From: an uncultured Candidatus Micrarchaeota archaeon
GTDB taxonomy: Archaea > Micrarchaeota > Micrarchaeia > Anstonellales > Bilamarchaeaceae
DNA length: 64,000 nt
NCBI GenBank assembly: GCA_903828955.1
Contig: CAIKOA010000008.1
Coordinates: 36,813-100,812 of the forward strand
Direction of reading: 5' to 3'
Shown here: piece after piece, positions 38,017-47,911 of the stretch
How the letters are laid out: the number at the start of each line of letters is the position of its first letter
Numbering within the stretch: position 1 is the stretch's first letter
Program-made: the position numbers and the translations under genes
The notes under the pieces: generated by a model
The model's database searches: none
What the model saw: the letters and a program-made list of their open reading frames with translations, nothing else
What the model was told of the DNA's origin: nothing

Positions 38017-39920
38017 CCGTGGAATATCGGCCTCTTGGATAGTTCAGGGGTAAGCGAAAGCGCATCAAAGGGCATTCCTTTCGTTCCTTCCCTTATGGTT
38101 TTTCCAAGTTCAGCAGCATCCATATCCTTCTTCTCATCCGTTGCGCGAATCGTTACGGAAAGCTTCCCGCTCTCCGCCTCCTTATCCCCGATTACAGCAA
38201 TGTAGGGAATCCATTCTTTCTGCGCATTCCGGATTTTCTTTCCAAGCGTTTCCGTAGTGTCATCCAAATCGCAGCGGACCCCTTCCCCAATTAGCTCCAT
38301 CGCCTTCCTGGCAGCATCCACGTGCTTTTCCGAAATCGGAATGATGCGCACCTGCGCAGGCGAAAGCCAGAGAGGGAGAATTGCCTTCTTCCCCTTCTCC
38401 ATCCTCATCGCTTCCTTTTCCAGAAGAGCATAAATTACCCGCTCCAGGCTCCCGGAAATTGATGCATGGGTAATTATGGGCCTCTGCTTGCTCCCATCCT
38501 CAGCCACGAAATTTATGTCGTAAGTATCCGCATTCTCCACATCAATCTGCACGGTAGTAAGCGCGCTAGCCTTATCCATCGCATCAATGAAGTTGAATTC
38601 GAATTTTGTAATGAAGTACGCATACCTCTGGTCAAACAATTCCACAACAATTGGCTTCCCAATTTTCTTCACAAGGGAATTGTACCATTCCTTGTTCTCT
38701 TCGTAGAAGCTCCGCAGTATGCGGAAACCAACTTCGCATTCATCAAGCAGGCTCACTCCGCTCAGCCAATCCATCCCGAGTTCCAGCTGCATCTCAAACT
38801 CTTCCCTTGCCTGCCCCATATCCTTCAAAATTCCGTGCATATCCGGCATTGTGAATGCGCGCAGCCTCTTCAATCCGGCAAGCTCGCCTCCCTGCTCCCT
38901 CCGAAAAGAATACCGAGTTAATTCAAACATCCTCATCGGAAGCTGCTTATGGCTGAAAACCATGTCGTGCGCAATTAAGAATTGCCCGAAGCATGCGGCA
39001 AAGCGGAGGAAGAATTTCTTATCCTCGCTCATCACCACATACTGCCGGGCCGGAAACCTGTTCAAATATTTCTTGAGCGAAGGGTGCTCGTAATCATACA
39101 TGATCGGAGTTTCAACTTCCATCGCCCCATAATCCACGCACGCATCCGTAATCGAGCGCTCAAGCAGTTTCTTTACAAGCCGGCCCTTAGGGTAAAACCG
39201 GAAATTCCCGCTGTCCGCCCCCGGCTCATAGTCCACCAATTCCTGCTCCCGCATCAATTTTATGTGGGGCGGCTCCTTATCATAAGCCCTCACCTTTTTC
39301 GTCTCATAAGTCGCGAGCTTCTTCAGCTTTTCATTCCCAGTGAAGTTGAACTTCTCAATCTCAGTAAGCTTTCCATCCGTACCGAGCACGTAGAATCTGC
39401 TCGTCATCTTCTCTTCTGCTTTAATTGAATCCGAAACCGCCAGAGTATCGCTTACCTGCACAACGTGCTGGCCCTTATCCACATTGACCCCGTGCGCAGA
39501 GAATACGCGCGAAAGCTCGCTTAAGGGATGCCCCTTGCAAGCAACATTAAATTTCTTATACCATCCAAAAGGCGCCCTAATCACGGTAAATCCGACTTCC
39601 TTCAGCTCCCCTTCAATCTGCTTCATTAATTCGATTGCAGCCTCCGGAGTAGAAGGCGCAGAGCCCATGAGCAAGTGCGCATAGGGATAAATCATTACAT
39701 TCCTGCACTTTACCTGCGCAGCAATTTCCTGAATGTCTTTCACAGCCTGCTCAATCACCGAATCCAGGTTCCCCTCATCCGTTTTCTCAACCGCGATGCG
39801 CACCCAGAGCGCATCCTTCATTTCCGCTTTTTTCATTTCCTCCGGGATTTCTTCCGAAAGCTTTGTCTTCTTGGTCACTTCGTAGGAAACGCTGTCAGCG
39901 TGTATTATCAGCTCTTTCAT
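38013..39920 (-). CDS. thrS: Threonine--tRNA ligase (archaeal)
   Basis: YPYAHL, APFGWYKKF, CKGHPLSELSR, RFAACFG, RAFTMPDMH. Confidence 0.98.
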   Translation of the reverse strand: MKELIIHADSVSYEVTKKTKLSEEIPEEMKKAEMKDALWVRIAVEKTDEGNLDSVIEQAVKDIQEIAAQVKCRNVMIYPYAHLLMGSAPSTPEAAIELMKQIEGELKEVGFTVIRAPFGWYKKFNVACKGHPLSELSRVFSAHGVNVDKGQHVVQVSDTLAVSDSIKAEEKMTSRFYVLGTDGKLTEIEKFNFTGNEKLKKLATYETKKVRAYDKEPPHIKLMREQELVDYEPGADSGNFRFYPKGRLVKKLLERSITDACVDYGAMEVETPIMYDYEHPSLKKYLNRFPARQYVVMSEDKKFFLRFAACFGQFLIAHDMVFSHKQLPMRMFELTRYSFRREQGGELAGLKRLRAFTMPDMHGILKDMGQAREEFEMQLELGMDWLSGVSLLDECEVGFRILRSFYEENKEWYNSLVKKIGKPIVVELFDQRYAYFITKFEFNFIDAMDKASALTTVQIDVENADTYDINFVAEDGSKQRPIITHASISGSLERVIYALLEKEAMRMEKGKKAILPLWLSPAQVRIIPISEKHVDAARKAMELIGEGVRCDLDDTTETLGKKIRNAQKEWIPYIAVIGDKEAESGKLSVTIRATDEKKDMDAAELGKTIREGTKGMPFDALSLTPELSKRPIFHG

Positions 39921-40030
39921 AATGATTACCTTTAATGCGTTTTATTCAGATATTCTTTAAAATGCTGTATTAGGCGGCGCGCACGGCCGCCACCTCGTTA
40001 TTTTTATTCCTTTCCCCACCAAATTAATGC

Positions 40031-43000
40031 ATGTCATTGAGGAATTTGTTTGCGTTCTTAGTGGTGTTGGGCCTCGTTTTTTCCGCCCCCAGTGTTCCGA
40101 TAGGTGCGTGCCAGAACATAACCGCCCCAGGGGCGTATTATATGCTCACCAGGGACATCAGCGGGGATTATGGTACGGAGAATTATTGCATAGGCATCTA
40201 TGCTGAAAACGTCACCCTTGATTGTGCGGGGCACAGCATTTCCGGAGCCACTTCTAACGATGTGGAGATAAGCCACACAAACAACGTGACGCTGAAGAAC
40301 TGCAACATCTACGGAGGCGTTTGGGGCTTATATGCAGATGGCTATAACCACACAATAGTGAACAACACATTCCACGACCAGAGCGAGAACATTGATGTGG
40401 CGATTTCCGGAAGTTATTTTGCAAACAACACCTTTTTTGCATCCGAAAACGAATGCGCATTAAACTCGGGTGACGACAATGTTTTCGAGGGAAATGAATT
40501 CTATGACTGCGGGTATTCCGGATTATCCTTAATCGGAGACCGCAACACCGTTAGAAACAACACCGCCCACGACTGCGACGAATCCGGATTCTACGTACAC
40601 GGAATGCTGAACAACATAACCGGAAACACAGCCTATGGGGATGACCTAGTAGACTACACCGGAGGCGGGTTTGAAATTGCCGGGGCGTCCATGGACATAA
40701 TTTCCGGGAACACCGCTTATGGAAGCGCCAATGGATTCTACATAGAAGGAAACATCCCCAGGGACATTCTTGGGGCGGGCGTGCCCACAGTATTCGGAAA
40801 CACGTTCACGAACAATCACGCATACAACAACATCGTGGGGCTCAACACACTCGATTACAATGGAACGTACAAAAATAACGTTCTGGAGCAAAACCAGGAG
40901 GCAGACCTCCTGCTTGGAGGGGATGCCTGGTTCAGCATTGGAAGCGGCCTGCATGGGGGAGACATGAGGGCCACTACTCCACTTCAGACGCTGCCCAAGA
41001 TGTGCTACAACCTCTTTGAGAACAACACCGGCTCCGAAGGCAGGCCGATCTATTTCGCGAACAAGACCGTAACCCTCAGCGGAGGCACCTATTCGGAAGT
41101 GGTGCTCTGCAACGCGGACAACTCGGTTGTCGAGGGCGTAACTGTCTCCGGCTCAGACGACCTGGACAACAACGGGATGCTCCTCTTCTACACCGATGAT
41201 GCAACCTTGAAAAATTCAGCCTCCAATGACAACCTGTTCGGCTTCGCTTTATTCGGCAGCAACGGAACCGCCCTTGAGGGATGCAACTCGGATGGCAGCG
41301 GGGTCGGAATAGCCACCGGCCGCTGCAAGGACATCCTGGTCACAAATCACGAAAGCAAAAACAACAGGATGAACGGAACCCTCTTCATAAACCTTTTGAT
41401 GAATTACCTTGGCGGGCCCCTCACCGGGGAGCCTCTGGCCGCCCCCCTCAGAATCAAGGATTCCGGGGCGGGTGCGATATTCATCCAGTCCCCGCGCACA
41501 ACTGTCTCAAGCTCTTCCTTCTCGGAGAGCACGGCAGGGGTGATGTTCGCCTTCAGCGATGAATCGCTCATGCAGGGGGTAAGCATCTTCAATAACGACA
41601 TTTTTGGCGCCGGATACCTGAATTCCTACGATGGGGCGTTGTCCGGAAGCAACATTTACGGAAACGACGGGGACATGTACTCTATTTTTTATGAGGGGAC
41701 AGGCCTTCCGCCCAGATACCAGATGCTCGAAAAGCTTCCTCTTGGAGCAGGGGTGCTTGACCTTAGCTCGGGCGTCTTGACGAGTCTGGAAGGGACCTTA
41801 AGGTACACCGGCCCGTGCTGGTCTTCCTCACAGAATTGCGACCCGGCCCGCGGCTCGATATGCAGCTATGATACAGGAGGGTGCGTGGACGGGGCCGTTG
41901 AAAACCATTACAACTCCTCAAGAATTTATGAGAACAACTATGGGCTCGTGCTCCTGAACATCGGGAACGAGTTTGTGGACGGATGCAGCGTTTATGGCAA
42001 CAGCGTGCTAGGGGTAATTGACGCATCCAATGTGAGGAACGCCCTCGCAGGCGATCTCCAATCCTCGCAGATTCCGGTGGAGCAGCCCAAATCAGCAACC
42101 ATAATCCACACCACGATGTCAAAGAACGGCGAAGGCTTGTTCTCGACCTTCGCGGCCGTCATTGAAAAGAGCAACGGAGGGCGCCAGACTCAGTTCGAAA
42201 AGCTTCTCCTCCTTCTGGACAAATCGATTCCAAAGGGGACCTTTGAATTCGAACTTGTAGAGGCGAACCCGTTCTGGAATATGGACCTGCCGCTTGCATT
42301 CCGCGCAGACCCAAGCGCACAAGGAATCCCGTGGGAGGTCAACAACTCCGCGGTAGGTGCGGGAACATCCTCGGTGTCCTTCTCGGTTGAAGACAACGCC
42401 ACCGCGGTCTATGTGATCTCTGATACCAACCTTCCAAGCGTAAGAAAGATAGTCGTGCAAGAAGAGGATTTGGACTTGAATGCGACCTTGCACTTGCTGC
42501 CGAGCGTGGGCGTGGCGGGCAAGGAGCCGTTCCTGGACAAGTACTTCCTTGTGGCGGCATTGGCCGAGAACCCGAACTATCTCTCAGCAACCCCAGAGGG
42601 CCCGGAAATAACGAATTTCCAGGTCCACTACGGAGGAACCGCAAACTACGATGGAAACACCATGGGGCTCTACCTCCTTTCGTACTACCGGCAGGGCTGG
42701 TATTGCGAAGAGGATACCGATTGCCCGAACTACCCGCACCAGCGCTGCTACGAAAAGATGTGCACCAATGTCCAGTGCGAGTCCGACAGTGATTGCAATT
42801 CCCTCCAGGCTGCCCCGACGGGGCAATACTGCGTGGGCTACATTTGCTCAGGCTGCAGAAACGACACGGATTGCGAGACCGGCTATTCGTGCTATGAGCT
42901 GGCCCAGAGCAACGGGGAATGCCGGCCTACTTTATGTGTCTATGACTCGGAATGCCCGGAGGGCTATGTATGCAATATGGAAAGGGCCGCGTGCGAGCGG

Positions 43001-43816
43001 TCCATAATAGGAGGGGAACGCTCCTCAGGGCCGCTTCCGCTTCCGCAAGAGCAGCCTAAGGATGTCCTCAAGGCTTCGGAAACCCCGCAGGGAGACGTGT
43101 TCCTTAAAGGAAGATGGATTCCGGTCCCTCTTCAATCAAACAACGTTTCGGGGCGGACAATCACAGTGACTCCGCTCTCTCAGCATGACCGCACCGAGTT
43201 CCTGAGCCAAATCTTCGGAGACGTAATCCCGTCCGGTTATCTGGTATATGCGGACGTCTACGGATTGTTTGCAACGCCCCTTCCCGGAAAAGAGGGCGCG
43301 GAGCCATTGGTCTACGCATGCCAACAGGATGCGGACTGCGGAGATTGCGAATACTGCAGCATAGCCAACCACCAGTGCATGCCAAAGGAAGCGGCGCAGT
43401 GCGGGGTTGTGGGCAAGCAATGCGGGGCAGGATATGCCTGCGACCAGTGCTCCTGCGTTCCTCCGGAATGCACATCTGATTCGCAGTGCAAGGAAGGCTA
43501 CCAGTGCATGGATTACTCATGCGTAGAGAAGCCCACGGAGAAGCCTCCGGAGCAAAAGCCTCCAGAGCAGCCTTCACCCGCGCCTGTAGCTCCTACTCCG
43601 GTAGTAACCCCAGAGCAGCCTCCGGAAAAGCCGACCTACCCGCTTGTGACGGTTGAAGTTCCCTCTGTGAATGCGCCCAAGCAGCCGGTAACCCAGCCGC
43701 AGGCTGAATTCCAGGTCCAGCAGATAGGAGTGGTGCTCCTTCTCTTGATAGGGCTTGTGGCAGCATACCTGTGGTTCAGCAGGAGGCACCAACCCTCTGC
43801 AACACACAGGGAATAG
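40031..43816 (+). CDS. Secreted beta-helix (NosD/pectin-lyase-like) surface protein with Cys-rich repeats and C-terminal anchor
   Basis: Signal peptide; NVTLDCAGHSI; Asn-rich repeats; CxxDxDC modules; Pro-rich stalk; TM. Confidence 0.88.
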   Translation: MSLRNLFAFLVVLGLVFSAPSVPIGACQNITAPGAYYMLTRDISGDYGTENYCIGIYAENVTLDCAGHSISGATSNDVEISHTNNVTLKNCNIYGGVWGLYADGYNHTIVNNTFHDQSENIDVAISGSYFANNTFFASENECALNSGDDNVFEGNEFYDCGYSGLSLIGDRNTVRNNTAHDCDESGFYVHGMLNNITGNTAYGDDLVDYTGGGFEIAGASMDIISGNTAYGSANGFYIEGNIPRDILGAGVPTVFGNTFTNNHAYNNIVGLNTLDYNGTYKNNVLEQNQEADLLLGGDAWFSIGSGLHGGDMRATTPLQTLPKMCYNLFENNTGSEGRPIYFANKTVTLSGGTYSEVVLCNADNSVVEGVTVSGSDDLDNNGMLLFYTDDATLKNSASNDNLFGFALFGSNGTALEGCNSDGSGVGIATGRCKDILVTNHESKNNRMNGTLFINLLMNYLGGPLTGEPLAAPLRIKDSGAGAIFIQSPRTTVSSSSFSESTAGVMFAFSDESLMQGVSIFNNDIFGAGYLNSYDGALSGSNIYGNDGDMYSIFYEGTGLPPRYQMLEKLPLGAGVLDLSSGVLTSLEGTLRYTGPCWSSSQNCDPARGSICSYDTGGCVDGAVENHYNSSRIYENNYGLVLLNIGNEFVDGCSVYGNSVLGVIDASNVRNALAGDLQSSQIPVEQPKSATIIHTTMSKNGEGLFSTFAAVIEKSNGGRQTQFEKLLLLLDKSIPKGTFEFELVEANPFWNMDLPLAFRADPSAQGIPWEVNNSAVGAGTSSVSFSVEDNATAVYVISDTNLPSVRKIVVQEEDLDLNATLHLLPSVGVAGKEPFLDKYFLVAALAENPNYLSATPEGPEITNFQVHYGGTANYDGNTMGLYLLSYYRQGWYCEEDTDCPNYPHQRCYEKMCTNVQCESDSDCNSLQAAPTGQYCVGYICSGCRNDTDCETGYSCYELAQSNGECRPTLCVYDSECPEGYVCNMERAACERSIIGGERSSGPLPLPQEQPKDVLKASETPQGDVFLKGRWIPVPLQSNNVSGRTITVTPLSQHDRTEFLSQIFGDVIPSGYLVYADVYGLFATPLPGKEGAEPLVYACQQDADCGDCEYCSIANHQCMPKEAAQCGVVGKQCGAGYACDQCSCVPPECTSDSQCKEGYQCMDYSCVEKPTEKPPEQKPPEQPSPAPVAPTPVVTPEQPPEKPTYPLVTVEVPSVNAPKQPVTQPQAEFQVQQIGVVLLLLIGLVAAYLWFSRRHQPSATHRE

Positions 43817-43860
43817 CCTCTCTTTTTATTTTCTTTCTTATTTCTTCTTTCTTGTTATTT

Positions 43861-45162
43861 ATGTTTGGCACTTCCGGAATACGCGGCGTATACGGCTCAG
43901 AAATAACCCCAGAACTAGCCTTGCGCATAGGGAACGCATTTGCCTATTCTAGCCTGGTCGTTGCAAAAGATACGCGAGAGACCGGAGAGCTCCTTTCCAA
44001 TGCGGCAATGAGCGGTGCGCTGAGCGCAGGAAAGGATGCGATCTATTGCGGAATAATCCCCACTCCCCTTCTTGCCTTTGCAACACTTAAGCACAAGGCA
44101 AACGGGATAATGGTCACCGCCTCCCACAACCCGCCCGAATACAATGGGCTGAAACTCATTTCCAAGGGAAAGGAAATTGGGAAAGAGGAAGAGAAGAAGG
44201 TCATTTCCAATTATGAAAAGGGAATCTCCCTCTCTTCCTGGGACAAGACCGGCTCTGAGAAAAGAGACGAGGAAATAATTGAAGATTACATAAAATTCAT
44301 CCTTCCATTGATTGATGCCGAAAAAATACGCGCACGCGCGCCCAAAATAGTTGTTGATTGCAACGGTGCCGCGCACGTGGTCACGCCACGCCTTCTGGAA
44401 ATGCTCGGGTGCATCGTGACCGCAATCAATATGCAATCACGCGGATTTGCAAGGCCTTCCGAGCCATCTGCCAAGAATCTTGATGCGCTTTGCGCAAAAG
44501 TAAAAGAGGAAAAGGCGGACTTTGGAATTGCCCATGACGGCGACGGGGACCGCATCTCAATTGTGGATGAGCGCGGCTACGTGATCAACATGGACGTCCA
44601 GCTCTCCCTCATGATTCTGGAAGAGTTGGGAAAGAAAAAAGGAAAAGTTGTGAGCACGGTTGAATCTTCCCTCATTGTAAAAGACGCAGTTGCCCAAGGC
44701 GGCGGCGAACTCATAATTACTCCGGTAGGCAGCACCTATGTCGCTGATAAAATGGAAGAAGTCGGCGCGGTTTTCGGAGGGGAACCCGCAGGGGAATATA
44801 TCTACTCAAAGGGAGTTCATGTTCCGGATGCAATTTTAGCCGCAGCCAAATTTGCGCAGATGTTTTCAGAGAAGGGAAAGTTTTCAACCCTCTCTGCCCC
44901 TTTCAAGCCCTTCCCAATGGTCAGGGAGAAATTCAAGACCTCGGACAAGAAGAAGGCAATGGAGAAAATACGCTCCGGAATGGATTTCGAAGGAAAACTG
45001 AACACGGTTGATGGCTTGCGCGTGGATGCGGAGGATTACTGGCTTCTTATCCGCCCTTCGGGAACCGAGCACATAATCCGCCTTACTCTGGAAGCGAAAG
45101 AGCAGAAAAAACTGGAAGAAAGCCACGCAAAAGCAAAGGCGCTGATTGAAAAATCGGTTTAG
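43861..45162 (+). CDS. glmM: Phosphoglucosamine mutase / phosphohexomutase
   Basis: FGTSGIRG, TASHNP, DGDGDR, IRPSGTE. Confidence 0.92.
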   Translation: MFGTSGIRGVYGSEITPELALRIGNAFAYSSLVVAKDTRETGELLSNAAMSGALSAGKDAIYCGIIPTPLLAFATLKHKANGIMVTASHNPPEYNGLKLISKGKEIGKEEEKKVISNYEKGISLSSWDKTGSEKRDEEIIEDYIKFILPLIDAEKIRARAPKIVVDCNGAAHVVTPRLLEMLGCIVTAINMQSRGFARPSEPSAKNLDALCAKVKEEKADFGIAHDGDGDRISIVDERGYVINMDVQLSLMILEELGKKKGKVVSTVESSLIVKDAVAQGGGELIITPVGSTYVADKMEEVGAVFGGEPAGEYIYSKGVHVPDAILAAAKFAQMFSEKGKFSTLSAPFKPFPMVREKFKTSDKKKAMEKIRSGMDFEGKLNTVDGLRVDAEDYWLLIRPSGTEHIIRLTLEAKEQKKLEESHAKAKALIEKSV

Positions 45163-45219
45163 CCCTGCTTACCCTCTTTATTTAAAATATTCATAATCAC
45201 TAAATACCTTGGTGGTAGG

Positions 45220-45315
45220 TTGGAACATGAGTTTGCCATAGTGGCGGATTACCTGCAGACTCAGCCAGCCCGCCCAGTGGATCACATTCATTTGGAGGTG
45301 GCAAACTCATGTTGA
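45220..45315 (+). promoter_or_regulatory. Leader with uORF and 15-bp stem occluding the glmU start
   Basis: AACATGAGTTTGCCA (45224-45238) is the reverse complement of TGGCAAACTCATGTT (45299-45313); TTG..TGA 31-aa ORF. Confidence 0.6.
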
Positions 45316-46565
45316 AAGCAGTCGTTTTAGCAGGAGGGGAAGGAGTGCGCATGCACCCCCTCACTTATACGCGCCCGAAGGCGATGCTGCAGGTAGGGGG
45401 CAAGCCGATGCTCTGGCACGTCCTTTCCCGCCTCAAGAAGGCAGGAATTACAAAAGCAGGAATCGTCGTAAAATACAAGGCAGAAAAGATCATCGAATAT
45501 TTCTCAAAGGAAGAGAATTCACTAGGAATGCAAATCTCGTTCATCCAGCAGGGCCTGAAGCACGGGACCGGCGCAGCATTGATGGATGCGGAAAAATACG
45601 CGGATGAGGATTTCCTCGCGGTGGCCGCGGACATAATCTGCGACCCGGCGCTCTACCGGAAGGTAATGGAAGCGCACGGGAAGGAGGAGAAAACCGTTGC
45701 ATTGAAGAAGATGCAGGACGTTTCCAACTTCGGAGTCGCTGAAGTGCGGGATGGAAAAATCACGAATTTTGTGGAGAAATCCGAAAAGCCCCCCACAAAC
45801 CTGGCGAACCTTTCCGTCTATTCGTTTTCTCCCTCGGTTTTCTCGGAACTTGGGAAGCTCGCCCCGTCATCCCGCGGCGAATACGAAATAGTTGATGTTT
45901 TCCGCGGCGCGAGGGCAGTCGAGGTATCGGAATTCTGGGGGGAAGTAAGCTACCCCTGGCATCTTTTCGACCTGAACGCCAAGCTCCTCTCGGAAATGGA
46001 GGCCTCCATTGAGCAGGTGGAAAATTCCACCATAAAAGGAAAACTAATAATGGAAAAAGGCGCAGAGATTTTCGATTCGTATATCGAAGGAACCGCCTAC
46101 ATCGGCAAGGATTCCAAAATCGGCCCGCACTCATTCCTCCGCGGAAACAATTCGATCGGCGCAAACTGCCGCATCGGCGAATCCACCACAATAAAGGACA
46201 GCATACTTTTTGATAATGTGAATGCGAAGCACCTCTCTTACATAGGAGACAGCGTAGTAGGAGAAGGCGTGAATTTCGGCGCAGGCACCCAGATCGCAAA
46301 CTACCGCTTCGATGCGAGCCACATAAACATCCAGACCGAAAAGGGCTGGATAAATTCCGGAAGGAAAAAGCTCGGCAGCATCATCGGAGACCACGTTAAA
46401 TTCGGAGTCCTTGCCTGCACAATGCCCGGGAAAATGATAGGAAACGACTGCTGGATTGGCTCGAATGTAAATGTGATGAGGCACGTGAAGCCGCACACGA
46501 AGATTTTCGCAAAGCAGGACTACATCTACCAGTCCCAGGAAGACCAGGACCAGCATTCCGGGTGA
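45309..46565 (+). CDS. glmU: Bifunctional sugar-1-P nucleotidylyltransferase/acetyltransferase (GlmU-like)
   Basis: LAGGEGVRMHPLT..RPK; RGEYEIVD; HLSYIGDS; hexapeptide repeats. Confidence 0.9.
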   Translation: MLKAVVLAGGEGVRMHPLTYTRPKAMLQVGGKPMLWHVLSRLKKAGITKAGIVVKYKAEKIIEYFSKEENSLGMQISFIQQGLKHGTGAALMDAEKYADEDFLAVAADIICDPALYRKVMEAHGKEEKTVALKKMQDVSNFGVAEVRDGKITNFVEKSEKPPTNLANLSVYSFSPSVFSELGKLAPSSRGEYEIVDVFRGARAVEVSEFWGEVSYPWHLFDLNAKLLSEMEASIEQVENSTIKGKLIMEKGAEIFDSYIEGTAYIGKDSKIGPHSFLRGNNSIGANCRIGESTTIKDSILFDNVNAKHLSYIGDSVVGEGVNFGAGTQIANYRFDASHINIQTEKGWINSGRKKLGSIIGDHVKFGVLACTMPGKMIGNDCWIGSNVNVMRHVKPHTKIFAKQDYIYQSQEDQDQHSG

Positions 46566-46569
46566 GTGG

Positions 46570-47325
46570 ATACACCTGATTATCGGAGTCGACCCCGGAG
46601 TTTACACCGCATATGCAGCCATTGATTTGAATGGAAACCTGATTGCTTCAGGCTGCGAAAAAGAGGCAAGCCACGAAAGGATTGTAGAAATAATCTCCCA
46701 TCTTGGAAAGCCTTCGCTAATCGCAACCGATGTTTGCCCTGCACCTGATTTTGTGCAAAAGGTCGCAGCCCGTTTCCATGCGCGATTGCACATCCCTGAA
46801 CGCAGCATGCTTGTTGAAAAGAAAAAAGAGATTGGAAAGGAAATCCAGAACCCGCATGTGCGCGATGCGCTTGCCGCTGCGGTAAAAGCATACCGGCATT
46901 ATGAGAACACCTTGCGCAGGATTGAGCATTCTGATACTGCCTTCGACAAGGAACTCCTGAAGCACCTCTTTATCCAGGGTTATTCTGTAAAGAACGCAGA
47001 ATTCATGCTTGCAAAGCGAGAAGAGAAAAAGTTAGAACAGAGCGGGGAAATTGAAGACCGGAGGACACGGACTCCGGAGCAGGTAAAAAAAGACGAGCGC
47101 CTTCTTTCAATCCTTTCTGAGAACGAAAACCTCCGCAAAGCCCTTGAACTCGAGCGCGCCCGCCGCGCTGATGCGGAAGAGAAATTAAAGAGGGCGGGAA
47201 CTTCCCGCGTTGTAGAAGTGAGCCGCGACCGCGAAGTCCAGAGGCTGCAGGGGCAAATCGCAAGGATGCAGTCCTTTATTTTCCACCTGAAAAACAGAAG
47301 TGAAAAGAAGAAAATGAAGAAATGA
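46570..47325 (+). CDS. DUF460 family protein (RNase H-like fold + coiled coil), probable ATA start
   Basis: IHLIIGVDPG, IATDV, HVRDALAAA. Confidence 0.85.
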   Translation: MHLIIGVDPGVYTAYAAIDLNGNLIASGCEKEASHERIVEIISHLGKPSLIATDVCPAPDFVQKVAARFHARLHIPERSMLVEKKKEIGKEIQNPHVRDALAAAVKAYRHYENTLRRIEHSDTAFDKELLKHLFIQGYSVKNAEFMLAKREEKKLEQSGEIEDRRTRTPEQVKKDERLLSILSENENLRKALELERARRADAEEKLKRAGTSRVVEVSRDREVQRLQGQIARMQSFIFHLKNRSEKKKMKK

Positions 47326-47432
47326 TATTTGATACTGTTTTTCTTTTAGGTGCGCTAGCCTTTTCTCCTTGAGCCGTTGCTCAAGGGAAGAAAGCGAAGC
47401 TTTCTCAGATTTTACAAAAAGAAAAGGATGGC
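47326..47432 (-). repeat. Dispersed repeat family A copy 7 (palindrome interrupted by extra hairpins)
   Basis: GATACTGTTTTTCTTTTAGGTGCGCTAGCCTTTTCT...TTTTACAAAAAGAAAAGG. Confidence 0.85.
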
Positions 47433-47435
47433 AAA

Positions 47436-47508
47436 TGGGGGATCTGTGATTTGAACACAGATAACAAGCTCCCAAAGCTTGCAGCATACCAGGTTGGCTC
47501 AATCCCCC
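47436..47508 (-). tRNA. tRNA-Pro(UGG)
   Basis: GGGGGAT/ATCCCCC acceptor; CAAGC-TTTGGGA-GCTTG; CTGTG-TTCAAAT-CACAG. Confidence 0.93.
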
Positions 47509-47518
47509 GTGAGAGAAT

Positions 47519-47911
47519 CTAAGTGAATTGTTTTCTCTCAAGGATATAAGTATCCCTAACTTTTTTAATACTAAAGCCTTTCTTCTCGTACAGATTCAAT
47601 GCAGGGCAGTTTGTCGGCCTCACCTTAAGCATAATGTCCATCTTTTCCTGGTTTGCATAGTCAATTGCCTTGTCCACGAGCATACTGCCTATCCCCCTCT
47701 CACGGTAATTCTCGACTACGCCAACCCCCTGCAGGAGAATCCGCCCTTTCTTTTTTATCAGGTGGATGAAGCCAACGTCCCTTCCCCCTGCCTTTGCAAC
47801 GAAGTAGAAATCGTTTGCAGAAAACCTGGGGAAAGCCTTTGGAAAAATCCGTCTAATCACTTTGAAAATGCGTTTTTCATCCGTGCTTTTCCTTACTTCT
47901 ATTTTCTTCAT
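47519..47911 (-). CDS. GNAT N-acetyltransferase
   Basis: VVENYRERGIGS, NCPALNLYEKKGF. Confidence 0.92.
   Translation of the reverse strand: MKKIEVRKSTDEKRIFKVIRRIFPKAFPRFSANDFYFVAKAGGRDVGFIHLIKKKGRILLQGVGVVENYRERGIGSMLVDKAIDYANQEKMDIMLKVRPTNCPALNLYEKKGFSIKKVRDTYILERKQFT

Noticed and set aside
45200-45310. glmS ribozyme between glmM and glmU
   Set aside because: Lacks the AGCGCC and GACGAGG core motifs
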